Below are positions 51,736-64,000 of a stretch of 64,000 nt of DNA, piece after piece. The translations under genes were made by a program, and so were the position numbers. The stretch's first letter is position 1, and each line of letters starts with the position of its first letter. The DNA is from Raja brachyura. Lineage: Eukaryota. The notes below the pieces were generated by a model. The model had not been told where the DNA came from and searched no databases. It saw only the letters and a program-made list of their open reading frames with translations. The stretch is taken from contig OY740781.1 of the NCBI GenBank assembly GCA_963514005.1, positions 178,064,001-178,128,000 on the forward strand. The letters run 5' to 3'.

Positions 51736-54248
51736 GTAAGTTCTCTATTCTTAAATATATCTACCAGCTTAGCCATTTAAAAAGTAATCAGTTGTGAGAC
51801 ATTCCAGTTGCACCTCCAGATATAGAACACAACACTGTCAGGTATTTGCAGTTAGAATAATTATGTTCCAGTTAGAAACATTCAACAATACATTGATTTC
51901 CCTAATGGTGCAGCAGAAATTCACTGACAGCAAATGCTCAAGCTACCTTACACATTACCTGCATAAATTGTTGATAGGTGGCCTCTATTACAACAATTCC
52001 ATTTTTTTTTTTTTAACTGCACATTTCAGGTGATTATTCTCTTGCTTATATAAAAATTGTGGGGGAACATCTTAAAGCACAAAATGACATACATGAGCCT
52101 GAAAAGTAACTAAGGTGTTTGATACATATGCATTCTAACCACTGACCTTCCCCTTTTTAGATGACTCGGGCAAATAACTTCAATTAAACCATTTGATTTA
52201 GTGTGGTGACATAGTTTCATTCTTGAGAAAGGATTAGTTGGGGAGAATTTTAATTCACTTTTTTTACCCAGAGACATACAGTTTGCAGCAGATCTTGAAG
52301 CTCTGCTTCTGGCAGGTGGCTGACCTTTAAATTTAATATAGAGATTGATTTCCTTATTGGTTCTGATGCCTGCTTTTTTATTGAATTTCCTTTCAAAATC
52401 CCTTGAGGCAGTTCTACTTTATGGTATGTAATCAGAATGTGAAATGACTATTCATCCCATATATGCCCTTCCTCCAGGACTCATCCCCAGATTCCTATTA
52501 TTTAATCTGCCTTCACAAGAATTAAATTTTTACGGTTTCATGTGTTTGTGTTTGTGTTGCCACCAGCTGAGATTTTGTCCAAAAATTAATGGAATGCTGG
52601 ATCTTATCTAGGTTCGATCTGACGGATAGTAGAATTCAGACGTCTATTGTTTGGCTGAAACCATGTTATACTAAACAATCTCAATTTTCTTTCTTCCTGC
52701 CTGTATTAGCTTACAGCCATCCATGCAATATATTTTCCCTTGGTCTGTGTACTTCAGTATATAACTCCACTTTTATCTACACTGGACACGTGCCAAGTTT
52801 ACATTGCAGCTTGTCAACTTTTGTTAAACCGTTCCCATGAAGTGATGCTGCAGCATCAATTCTTGCAAGGATTAAGAAGCTATGTGGATCTATGATCAAC
52901 TTGGTTTCACTCCAGATGATAATTGACTCTTTTCAGTGATCAGTCATATTGAAGTTACTACTTCCTCTTCAGACTTTCCCAAATAGATCTGTCATTCAGC
53001 CAAACCTTGAACTTAATACATGAGTTGGATTTTGACCAAGTTGTGCTCAAATGCACTAACTGATGCCTTTTGTTGAATACTTTCGCATTCATCAAGGGAA
53101 TTGATAGGCTTATACATGCCCTCACCTCATGAACTGAATTTAAGCAATACTTTCCTCCTCTTGCATTACTGGCTTTACTCCGACAATATTTTAGACTTCT
53201 CCTGCTCGCATCTAACCTCATTAAACGTCATTGTTTGGTGACATTCATCTCTGCACCATTAATATCCTTCCACATTAACCCCCAACCTAACTCCATGCTA
53301 CTTGGGTATCTTGCTCCTGGGTATCTTGTTCTCTTACATCACATCCACTCCCTTTCCACAGGCACATCTTGTTCCTTCCTAACCACATTTTCAAAACTTT
53401 TGTCTTTAATTTGTTCATCATAGTCTTATCAGCACCCGTGCCATCTCCTTTAATTATTGCACCAGCTCCAACCTTGCCAACATGTCCAGATGTGGTGTCA
53501 ATATATCCCACCACACCCTATTTAAAAGACCTGAAATTTAGTTTTCCATATGGTTTACAGCACCTGAAATCATCTAACCTAAGTCACCTTTGATTATTTT
53601 TCAGGCCTTTTAATTTCCTGTGGTTGTTTTTTCGCAGCTTTTGATAGGATTGATCCCAGTGACCTCGCTCGACGTCCTCTCGCGCTGTTGTAGAATTTCC
53701 CAAACCAATGAACACACAGCAACCAGCGGCTTCTCCCTATACAGTCTATGCTTCTCTTGGACTTGTCATGTTCTTGGCCCTCTCATGTGTTGCTCAAACT
53801 AAATATATAGATTCATGAGTTTGGGAGGTCATTTACTGCCAATAATGTACTTTTATTTTAAGAGACCTAATATTGATAAGTACGGGGAGTAGCTACAACA
53901 AATGCTTTCAACATTTAGGGGCACCTTTCGAATTTGCCCTTTCACCTTGATTGCTCCGATTCATAGCTAATATCCAGAATTTCTCCGAGATTATTAGCAA
54001 AACTTAAGCCACCTTATCTTCTGCACTCTTCTCTAAAATAACACTATTCTGCAGATGTTATCTGCAGAAATTGTCATCAAATAAGTAATCATTATTATCC
54101 ATATTTGTGTCCTTTTGAGTTCAACCCCAATGTGTTTTAAGTAGAAAAATGGAGTGGAGAATATTTACTGTTGTGCCCTCTTTAGGCATTGCATTGATCC
54201 TTCTGATATTCATTTAATTTATGTTGAATTTCATTCTCTTTGTTTCAG

Positions 54249-54406
54249 GAAGAGTTTGGATACAATGCTGAAACTCAGAAATTGCTCTGTAAAAATGGGG
54301 AGACGTTACTTGGAGCAATTAATTTTTTCATTGCCAGTGTGAATACATTGGTGAACAAAACTATTGAAGACACGTTAATTGCTGTAAAACAATATGAAAA
54401 TGCCAG
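54249..54406 (+). CDS. ARFIP1: Arfaptin-1 exon 6, AH/BAR domain ([53 protein letters not shown])
   Basis: tttcAG acceptor, 158 nt, phase 0 to 2, GTACAC donor. [20 protein letters not shown] is ARFIP1-type. Confidence 0.97.
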
Positions 54407-55129
54407 GTACACGATTTGTAACATGCAACTAACACCCTAAATAACCAATTTAATTTGGTTAGAGCATTGAATGATAACTTTGCAGTTGCTGTTAGTAACA
54501 TCATGCTTTTCACAGTAGCAATGTAATTTCTATTCATTTAATGTTTATGGGAGTTATTTAAGTTAAAAAAATGTGGTCACCTATAATCATGACAAATTAC
54601 TTCTCAAATTGATTTTTAAAATTGCGTTCCAATCTAGCTTAATCAGTAGAAATGTCCTATTCTGCATATTTACTACAGTTATCCAAAATGGGTGTTGCCT
54701 TAATGAAGTGGATACTGACAACATAAAGGAAATGAAAGGCAGTGGATTAGAAATTGTGGCAGAATTCCATGGCCACCTCCCCCCATCACCGTATCCCTAA
54801 TGCTAGTAGCAATATTTTGTTATTCATACAGAGTAGACCAAAGTGTGTTTATACAGGATAAAATAAGCCTTTGAATGCTTGAGAAAAAGGTTATTCCAGA
54901 ATTTCAGAGGAAATAGGTTCAGCTGCAGTGGACGATTGATGAGATGGAGGTAGGATCATTGGGGGGGTGGAGTGGGAAGAGGATTAAATTGGAGTATAAA
55001 GCAGGGAGGTATAGCAAGTATGAAGTCAGATTCAGAGGAATCGGCAGGAGGGCGATTGGTGGGAAATACTGAGTCCAGGTATGATCAGAAATGATCAATG
55101 GTCTGAGAGTATTGGAGGCCATTTGGTAT

Positions 55130-55900
55130 TAGAGTCACACAGCTTGGAAACGGGCCCTTTGGCTCAACCTGCCCACACCAACCAACTTGCCCCATCTACA
55201 CTAGTCCCACCTGCCTGCGTTTGGCCCATATCCCTCTAAACCTGTCTTATCTATGTACCCGTCAAAATCTTTCTTAAACCGTGCGATAGTACCTACCACG
55301 ATTACCTTCACTGGCAGTTTGATCCATTGACCCACCACCCTTTATGTTTAAAAAAGTTCTCAATCCCCCCAATCTGGGCAAAAGACTCTGCATGTACCCA
55401 ATCAATTCTCCTCATGATTTTGAGTACCTCTATAAGATCACCCCTCATCCTCCTGAGCTACAAGGAATAAAGTCATAATCTGCTCCACCTCTCTCTATAG
55501 CTCAGGCCCTTGAGTCCTGGCAATATCCTCGCAAATCTTCACTGCATCCTTTCCAGCTTGACAACATCTTACCTATAACATGGTATCCAGAACTGAGCAC
55601 AATACTCTAAATGTGGCCTCATCAATGTATAACTGCAACCAGACCTCTCAACTTCTATACTCAATACTCTGATGAAGGCCAATGTGCCACAAGCCATCTT
55701 GATCACCCTATCTATCTGTGACACCACTTTCAAGGAAGCTTGCACATCGACCCCTCTACTCGGATTGATAGGGCACTCCCTAGAGCCCTACCAATCCGTG
55801 TGAAGATCCTGCCCTTGTTCGACCTCCCAAAATGCAACACCTCACAATTTGCTGTTTTAAATTCCATTAACCATTCCTCAGCCTACCTGCCCAATCGATC
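55130..55900 (-). mobile_element. CR1 LINE 3' part, interrupted by a Rex1 insertion and resuming at about 57150-57245
   Basis: AGAGTCACACAG...GGCCC tail; GTGTCATCTGCAAAC (FADDT on the minus strand) after the insert. Confidence 0.75.
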
Positions 55901-55902
55901 AA

Positions 55903-57147
55903 AATGAATGAATGAATGAATAAGTTTATTGGCCAAGTATTCACATACAAGGAATTTGCCTTACTGCTCCGCCCACAAGTGACAACATGACATACAGTGA
56001 CAGTTTAGAATGATACATAAAACATTAAACATTAATAATAAAACATTATTGATTAAACATGTGAATTAAAATACCAGAGCAAAAGGAGGCTACAGATTTT
56101 TGGTTATTGAGTAGAGCTACTGCTCGTGGAAAAGAGCTGTTGTTATGTCTGACTGTGGCAGCTTTGACAGTCCGGAGTCGCCTTCTAGAGGGAAGTGATT
56201 GAAAGAGTTTGTGGCCAGGGTGAGAGGGGTCAGAGATGATCTTACCCACTCGCTTCCTGGCCCTTGCAGTGTGCAGTTCGTCAGTGGAGGGAAGGTTGCA
56301 GCCAATAACCTTCTCTGCTGATCGGACGATTTGCTGCAGCCTCCAGGTGTCGTGCTTGGTGGCTGAGCCAAACCAGACCATGATGGAGAAGGTGAGGACA
56401 GACTACGATGGCCGTATAGAATTGGACCATCATTGCCTGGCAGATTGTGCTTCCTCAAAAAGTACATCCTCTGCTGTGCCTTTTTGACTGTGGAGTCGAT
56501 GGTAGCCCCCCACTTAAGGTCCTTGATGATGGTTCCCAGGAACTTAAAAGACTTCACATATGTGACTGTGGTGTTGTTGATGGTGAGTGGGGTGAGGGGA
56601 GGGGGAGGGGGAGCTCTCCTAAAGTCTACAATCAATTCCACTGTCTTAAGAGCATTGAGCTCCAGGTTGTTGTGATGGCATCAGGACGCCAGCTGTGACA
56701 CTTCCTGTCTGTACGCAGATTCCTCCCCATTCTGGATCAGTCCACTCGGGGGTTGTTGTCTGTAAACTTGAGAAGCTTGACAGAGGAGTTAGTGGAGGTG
56801 CAGTCATTGGTGTAGAGGAGAGGGGAGAGTACGCAGCCTTGCGGTGCTCCTATGCTGAGGGTTTGCCGGTCCGAGTTGTGCTTTCCCAGCCTCACATGCT
56901 GCTTCCTGTCTGTCAGGAAGCTGGTGATCCACCGACAGAGGGGTTCAGGCACAGTCAACTAGGAAATTTTGCAGTGTAGTAGCTCTGGCACAATGGTGGT
57001 GAATGCAGAGCTAAAATCAACAAACAAAATCCTTACATAGATCCCCTGGCGCTCTAGATGCTGGAGGATGAAGTGCAGGCCCAGGTTGACTGTGTGATCC
57101 ACAGATCTATTGTCCTGTTATGCAGACTGCAGAGGGTCCAGCAGGGG
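55903..57147 (-). mobile_element. Rex1/Babar-type LINE, 5'-truncated, (ATTC)n tail
   Basis: GAPQGCVLSPLLY, ELIVDFRR, KKAQQRMYFLR and DPSHPGHKLFQSLPSRRRLR peptides; ATGAATGAATGAATG tail. Confidence 0.88.
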
Positions 57148-58002
57148 GATATCCAAAAATATCTGGCTACACTTTTTAGCAACCATCTTCCCCATCTACA
57201 ATACCACCCACTTTAGTGTCATCTGCAAACTTGTTAATCATGCAAAACTAATCAAAGGAGATCTTCTCTTGGATACCCTACCAGTGAACTGTGTAAGATT
57301 GGGCTTCCTTTAACCTAGGAGGATGCAGGCCACAATTCCGCATGCATGTTGTACACATGGACAAAAATCCACAAATGCAGTACCGTGTCATAAATGCCCC
57401 ATCGTATTTAACTTCTGGTGGTGTACCATAGGTAGCTCTGTGTTAATACTTTAACATGTCAGCAATTTTCTCTGTTTATAATCTAAATTCTGAGGTATGA
57501 TTACATTTCTGCTCCCCGATCTGATGGAGTTTGAGGATCATCCAGTTAATGATTTTGCTTGACCAGGTCCTTGATGTGCTGCATTCATCAATCTTGATGT
57601 TGACCATTAGGTTATCTGCAGTGTAGTTGCTCCGAGCTTGAGTTATAATCCATAGTTGATTACTGGAAATGTTTTTCTTTGGAAATACATAATCGCAGCA
57701 AATTCAAGCTTTTATGAGCATTTCAAAGCACCTTGATGATGCAACCTTAAGATAGAGCTTGAAATATATTGAGTAATACTAGAGGTGAGTTTTAGTCTTC
57801 TGTGGAAAGGATAATGTGGGTCAGTTTTATTGTTCATGTTGATCATGAAAGTATTGTTCATGTTGAGCAAGTTCTTTTTTTCCACTGTCAGTTTGTTTTA
57901 AGTGATTTGTGATGGCTTTGAAGTGGCCATATTATTCTCAGTAGACCGAGAACATTTTTAATGTTTATATCATATTAAACATGCTTTATTTTAAAACTTC
58001 TC

Positions 58003-58214
58003 TGTAGAGAAGGAATGGGTGACGTTTCAGATCGAGACCTTTCTTCGGACTGATGTCCATAATGGGTGACGTTTCGGGTCGAGACCCTTCCTTCGAAATA
58101 TCCTGAAAAAGGACATGTGTCTGAAGAAGGATCTCAACCCGAAACGTCACCCATTCCTTCTCTCCAGAGATGCTGCCTGTCCCGCTGAGTTACTCCACCA
58201 TTTTGTGACTATCT
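58003..58214. mobile_element. Penelope terminal-repeat cluster with three hammerhead-like motifs (two tandem minus, one plus)
   Basis: AATGGGTGACGTTTC at about 58014 and 58061, and CTGAAGAAGGATCTCAACCCGAAACGTC at 58121-58148. Confidence 0.75.
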
Positions 58215-58393
58215 TCACCCTACAAACCTGCACGTCTTTGGAATGTGGGAGGAAACCAGAGCACCTGGGGAAAACCAATGCGGTCACAGAGAAAACATAC
58301 AAACTCCGTATATACAGCAACCATAATCAGGATCAAACCTAGGTCTCTTGGCTGTAAGGCAGCAACTCTACCGCTATGCCACTGAGCGCCCGT
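58215..58393 (-). mobile_element. tRNA-derived SINE 5' half
   Basis: Minus-strand A box TGGCATAGCGG and B box GGTTTGATCC. Confidence 0.75.
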
Positions 58394-58429
58394 GACATTT
58401 GGGAAATCTGTACAAAAGTTGAGATCATT

Positions 58430-58925
58430 TCTGGAGAATTGTGTGCAGTTCTGGTTGCCATACTATTGGAAGGATGTGGTTAAGCTAGAGAGGGTGCAGA
58501 AAGATTCCCAAGTATGTTGTCTGGGCTGAAATACGTGGGTTATAAGGTGGGACTATTTTCCCTGGAGTGAAAGAGGCTGAGGAGTGATCTTATAGAGGTT
58601 TATAATATGTGCTTTGCAAGAAGGATGATCACAGTCTTTTCCTCAGGGACTGAGTCTAAACTAGAGGTACAGGTTCAAGATGAGAGGGAACCTGATGGGC
58701 AAATTTATTCAGAGTCTGATGCTTATGGTGAACAAGTGGCAGAAAGAAGCAGTGAAGGCGGGTATAATTATAACATTTAAAAAGCATTTGGATGGGTTCT
58801 TGGACTAGAACGTTTCAGGATATGGGCCAAATGCAGGCAAATCGGACCAGCTCAAAAAGGGACCTTGGTCAACATGGATGAATTGAGCTGACGAGCCTCT
58901 GTTTCTGCTGTATAACTTGATTGTA
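58430..58925 (+). mobile_element. Old CR1 LINE 3' part
   Basis: LENCVQFWLPYYWKDVVKLERVQ remnant plus 3'UTR. Confidence 0.8.
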
Positions 58926-60473
58926 TGTTCATTCGCTCTCAAACAAGATCCTTACCATCCATTATATCTCTGGCTTAGACAGAAACAAAAGGTAGTCAGT
59001 ACTTTCCTTTAAACTGATTGACCTACTGACTTTACAGTGTGAACGGTATCAGTATTTTGTTTCACCAGGACTGTGACCAGTGGTGTCCCACAGGTAGATC
59101 ACAATGCTCTCACTACTTCATTAAATCCGCAATGTCACCCGTCCTGTAGTTAAATCTCTCCATGACCTCAAATATCACCTTTCCAGTTATGCCAGTCTAT
59201 CCAGTTTCTTTTTGCCCAGTCTATTTATTTTCTTTTTATCCAGTCTATCTCTCTTTACCCATCACCTCTGCCCCAGTTCACCCACTTCCCAACAAAACCT
59301 AGACCACCTGAAGTGCTCCATCGCTCCGGGGATCTGTAAGACGCTTGTGGGCTTTCCTTTTAGGTTGTAAGCCATCCCGACTTAGAAATACATCACCGTT
59401 CCTTCAATGGTTGCTGGATCTAAAACCTAGAATCCCATAGCCATGGACATCTTTGGAGCAGCTTTATTGGCTCAGAAGAGACTCCTCACAAGCCTCTCAA
59501 AGCCAATTTGTTATTGATAATAATTGCTGCTCTTGCTACTAGGCCCATATCAAAAAAACAAGTGAATAGCTTTTAAGAAGAGACCTCCTAAATAATACTT
59601 TTGAACATCTTAATAATCCCTTTATTAGTCACGCACTGTTTTGTTTAGCCTCTCAGGAATGAGATCATCCTTGAGATCATCCAAAAATCACATTCTAGTA
59701 TTTTAAAAAGGGAAAACCAGTCTGTGATCAGGAACCTTATTATTTTCTTTCTTCCTACCTCTGAAAACTCGCATCACCATGATGGTGCTCCTCCAAGTGC
59801 CAGCTGCAATTTGCTACTGCAACATGGTTTGATTGTTCCTTCCCAGTAGATACTTGCTGAACCAGTTGGAGAAAGCCTCAATCAACAGCAGCCCACTAAA
59901 CAAATACCATTAATCCTCAGCAGCGTTGTGCATTTTATGGAACATAAATGAAAACATTAACATGCTACAATAAAATTTTGGATTTTGGGGTGAGTTTGCA
60001 AAGTTGGTGCAAAGCAAATGTTTTGCATCATTGCAACAACGATCAAAGTTTGCGGCTTTGGTAAATAAGTACAACTTGTCCTTTTTTTAAAGAGCTAAAT
60101 TTTAATTGAAATGTATGCTACATTATGAACAGCACGTTTTCTTTTGGCACTGGCCATACCTGTATGATGTAACCACTAGTAGCAGGTCAGCACAGTACAA
60201 GACGTTGTCTCAGATATTTAAAATACAATGATTGTAAAGCACATTCAAAGAATGAGGACTGTTGCTGTTTCCTCTGAGAAAGCGTAGCACATATAGCACT
60301 GTTTTTGTCTTGTAAGTATTGGAGATACTGAGTGTATTGCATTTTATCTATATACTATTGCTGTGGCTTTCTTAAGAAAATAGCTTATTTTTATTTGTAA
60401 TTTTAAATGCTTTTTAACTGCTTTGTAACAGTAATTTTCTTTGTATAACATTGTTCCATGTTTTGCACCACAG

Positions 60474-60648
60474 GATAGAATATGATGCGTATCGAACTGA
60501 TTTGGAAGAATTGAACCTTGGCCCTCGTGACGCAGTGACAATTCCAAAAATTGAACAGTCCCAGCAACAATTCCAGATTCACAAAGAAAGGTTTGACAAG
60601 CTTAGAACAAGTGTGTCAATCAAACTGAAATTTCTGGATGAAAACAAG
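60474..60648 (+). CDS. ARFIP1: Arfaptin-1 exon 7, AH/BAR domain ([19 protein letters not shown]...KLKFLDENK); final exon expected beyond the window
   Basis: cacAG acceptor, 175 nt, phase 2 to 0, AAG|GTATTT donor; conserved arfaptin sequence. Confidence 0.97.
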
Positions 60649-60694
60649 GTATTTTATGAAACTGTTATCTTGTATGAGACTGATCAAATCTTAA

Positions 60695-61250
60695 GATAGT
60701 CGCACAGCACAGAAACGGGCCCTTCGGCCCAACTTGCCCATGCTGACAAGATGTCCCATCTAAACTAATCATACCTGCCCTTGTTTGGCCCATATTCCTT
60801 GAAATCTTTCTTATCCGTGTACCTGTCTGAATGTCTTTTAAATGTTATTGTACCTGCCTCACCTACCTCATCTGGCAGTTCGTTCCGTATACCCACCATC
60901 AACAGTGTGATGACAGAAGGGGGAGGAGTTGTATGGTTTGATAGGTCTCATCTCACCTTAAACTTGGGTCCTCTGGTACTTGATTTCCCCTTACTTTGGG
61001 TAAAAGACTGTGTATTCCCCCTACCCTTGTCATGATTTTATACACCCCTATACGATCAATTTCTCCTCTCAGTCTCCTGTGCTCCAAAGAGTAGTCCTGT
61101 CCCGCACATCTGTCCCTATAGCACAGACACTCGAGTCCTGACATCATCCTCGTAAATCTTCTCTGCATTCTTTCCAACTTCACAACATCCTTCCTGTAGA
61201 AGGGTGACCAAAACTGAACACAATACTCCAAATGTGGCCTTCACCAACTT
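60695..61250 (-). mobile_element. CR1 LINE 3' part
   Basis: EYCVQFWSPFYRKDVVKLERMQRRFTRM in ORF 60953..61231. Confidence 0.85.
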
Positions 61251-61485
61251 AAAGGACGTAGCTAGATCAAGAACACAGATTAAATTACGGTTTTAGCATT
61301 TACCATGATTCCCTGTTACGATTTCTCTGTACACAGCTGATCTCATAGAAATGTAAGTAGTGAAGCTGCATTGCCTTGCTGTCTAAACAATTTTTGAAGC
61401 AATGAAGTGCAAACTTGATGTATCTCCACCACTACTGTGAAGGAAAACTCATTATAGATTGACAAATGGTATATGGACACACTGA

Positions 61486-61677
61486 GGGTACACAAAAGGC
61501 TGGAGAAACTCAGCGGGTGCAGCAGCATCTAAGGAGCGAAGGAGATGGGCGACGTTTCGGGTCGAGACCCTTCTTCAGACCTTTCCTTCGCTCCTTAGAT
61601 GCTGCTGCACCCGCTGAGTTCCTCCAGCCTTTTGTGTACCCTCGATTCTCCAGCATCTGCAGTTCCTTCTTTAACAC
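61486..61677. mobile_element. Young fold-back Penelope terminal insertion with intact hammerhead core (minus, 61551-61578)
   Basis: 60-bp inverted arms at 61484-61543 and 61584-61643 with one mismatch; perfect 14-bp TSD TATGGACACACTGA at 61472-61485 and 61678-61691. Confidence 0.88.
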
Positions 61678-61796
61678 TATGGACACACTGATCTATTTTG
61701 AAGCCAATGCCTACTATGTTCTGTTGTGCTAAGTAAAGAAATAATTTCATTGTCCTGTCAGGGACACATGACAATAAACTCTTTTGACTTTGACAA

Positions 61797-62170
61797 ATAA
61801 TGAGTTGGATTCATGGGAGGTGGTCTTGGAGGGGAGGATGCTCCTCAAACTGCGGAGGATCTTGGACAATGCAGCTCACCCCCTCCATGTCACACTGGTC
61901 AACATGAGGAGTACCTTCAGCAACAGACTGGTTCCACCAAGATGCAGTACAGAACCCCACAGGAGATAATTTTTCCCTGTGGCTATCAAACTGTACAATT
62001 CCTCCCCCTTCTGTCATGGGGTAGACTGGCTCCTTCCCCCACCTCCCCAATCTTTGCACATCCCCAATCCTTTTCACTCATCACTTTAATTTCATGTATA
62101 TTATGTTTTATGATTGTTGGCAGACTAATTTCCCTCCTGGGATAAACAAAGTTCTATTGTATCGTATCAT
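61797..62170 (+). mobile_element. Rex1-type LINE 3' fragment
   Basis: ILDNAAHPLH...STFSNRLVPPRCSTE peptide; (TATCG)n-like tail. Confidence 0.75.
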
Positions 62171-63782
62171 AAATTGATTTTCACAATCTCACAAATGTGA
62201 CTAGAAGTCGATGTTTCCTTAAAATAAAGGCAACAAACACTGGCAGAACTAAATAGAAACCAAACTAACTTTACCCGAAGACTTATTCCATGTTGTTCCA
62301 GAAGTGTGTCCTTTGTTTCATATCAGTATAATTGTATTTATTCTTTCTGCTGTATCCATTGGATGGGACGTAGGGAAGGTGGAGGAATCTAGGACAGGTT
62401 TTTAGTGGTGATGATATAGGGTAAGACATAAACTAATATCTGTAAATTGCGTAACCATTTCAGAGCAATGTGCGAATTGGGCTGTGATACCTGTAATTTT
62501 ATGACAGATGGCAGAGGATGTGTCTATTCAACAGTAATTTGTCAAAAGGATAGACTGTTGTCATGTACGTGACAAAAGTGGAACACTTTTCTCCCAAGTC
62601 TTGAATTGTTAACATACACAAGTGTCTGAATGCATATATTTAGGGGGGGCAATGGATGGATGGGTGACAAAGTACCGTACCTGATTTATCTGCTTTACTG
62701 GTCAAAGGAAAACCAGTTGGTCTTCTATCCCTGCGCATAAAGTTTAGGTTACCTCACTAATACAGCAGATGTGACAGAAGTCAGCAGACACCATACATAA
62801 TACTGAAACTGAAGGCGACCAATCTGTTGGTTTTCAGGGGCAAAACACTCCAGCATGTAAGATTGTTTTGTAGATCAGCCAGTTATTGAACATCCATTCT
62901 GAGAACCAGTTGATGTTTTAGGTCAATGACCTTTCAGTAATCTCTTTTTAAAAAGTCAATGACCTGGCATTTTAACTGATGACCCACCGAATAGTTATAG
63001 CGTTTCTTTTTTTTAGTTCGGACTTGCAGCATCTGCGGAGTTTTTGCTTTTCACTCCTTTAAGTAGCATGGCTTTTGGAGAAATTGGGTTAGTAAAACCT
63101 CTTGTGTGAGAACTTTTTTCAGATCAGTGTGACTGAAAATAACACTGGATAAATTGTAGGCATTGCTCCACTATTGGCATCATTTGAAGAGTTTTGCATC
63201 AGTTATAAAGGGCTAAGGCAAATGAAAACGTTGCCAGGGCATCAGAATTTTCCAGAGATGTAAAACGTGATACAATATTGCTCCGTTGTGGGTTAGATCA
63301 ATTTTCAACTGCACAGTACTATTGGTTGTTTGTGCAAATCAATTTCAAGGCTCTTGGACAATCCAGTTGGAAAATCATAAGATATAATTTTAGCTATAAA
63401 ATTGAACACATTGCTTTCATATTACACATAGATTTGCTTACTGTTCTTGAATTTTGTTTTGATGCTAATAGTTGCTTTGCTTGTCTTAAAAGAAGCAACT
63501 TTTCTGATCTCTTTGTATGTACAATGTCAATGATGAGTCCATGAACATCCATTCAGATATTGTTAAAAAGCTACTTCCTGCCCCAATCCAAATCCAGCTG
63601 AACTACTTCTATTGAAAATCAATGAAAGGGATCTTGACCTTGTATTTTGTGTTAACCAACATTAGCTTCCTATTCTCACCCAGCCTCTATAAATTCCCTC
63701 TAGCCCAGAAATGTTAACCCTTCACTCCCCTTATGCAAAACATGAACTACTTGTGCTGCAAATTGGACTCATTATCTCAGTG

Positions 63783-63922
63783 TTTAAGAAGGAACTGCAG
63801 ATGCTGGAAAATCGAAGGGAGACAAAAATGCTGGAGAAACTCAGCGGGTGAGGCAGCATCTATGGAGCGAGGGAAATAGGCAATGTTTCGGGCGAAACCC
63901 TTTTTCAGTTTCGGGCCTAAAC
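63783..63922 (-). mobile_element. Penelope terminal insertion with degenerate hammerhead
   Basis: Near-identical to 58-185; 13-bp TSD CATTATCTCAGTG at 63770-63782 and 63923-63935. Confidence 0.85.
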
Positions 63923-64000
63923 CATTATCTCAGTGCAGCCCCACTGCTGTGCAAATATGGTGATCAACCATCATGGAGGCATTGTGTAACACCCACCCAT

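Noticed and set aside
58340-58393. tRNA gene
   Set aside because: The A and B boxes belong to a SINE head; there is no cloverleaf and the sequence continues into the SINE body.
60649-64000. Final ARFIP1 coding exon (VKVLHNQL...)
   Set aside because: Not found here; it presumably lies downstream of the window.

Overview
Eukaryotic, AT-rich, repeat-dense vertebrate DNA. The repeat landscape (CR1 LINEs, Penelope terminal fragments, tRNA-derived SINEs, Rex1) suggests a cartilaginous fish such as a skate or ray; that is an inference. The window lies almost wholly inside one + strand gene, ARFIP1 (arfaptin-1). Seven coding exons with consistent GT-AG phases were traced by hand (7856-7948, 26872-26980, 37788-37883, 47524-47636, 51514-51735, 54249-54406, 60474-60648). 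The last coding exon and the promoter or first exon were not found in the window. Introns carry many CR1 and Rex1-type LINE fragments, SINEs, a decayed IR/DR DD34E Tc1 transposon, Harbinger-like MITEs, a solo LTR and a probable non-autonomous Helitron. The most notable features are: (1) a family of at least 14 short Penelope-derived insertions carrying a minimal hammerhead-ribozyme core (CTGAAGA-A-stem II-GAAACGTC), many with target-site duplications and in inverted or tandem arrangements; (2) a 16-bp-periodic TT(C/A)GG array at 19560-19835; (3) splice-site and phosphosite peculiarities of ARFIP1. Most of the supplied ORFs are spurious or are transposon remnants. Repeat boundaries are approximate, and protein comparisons are from memory rather than database searches.
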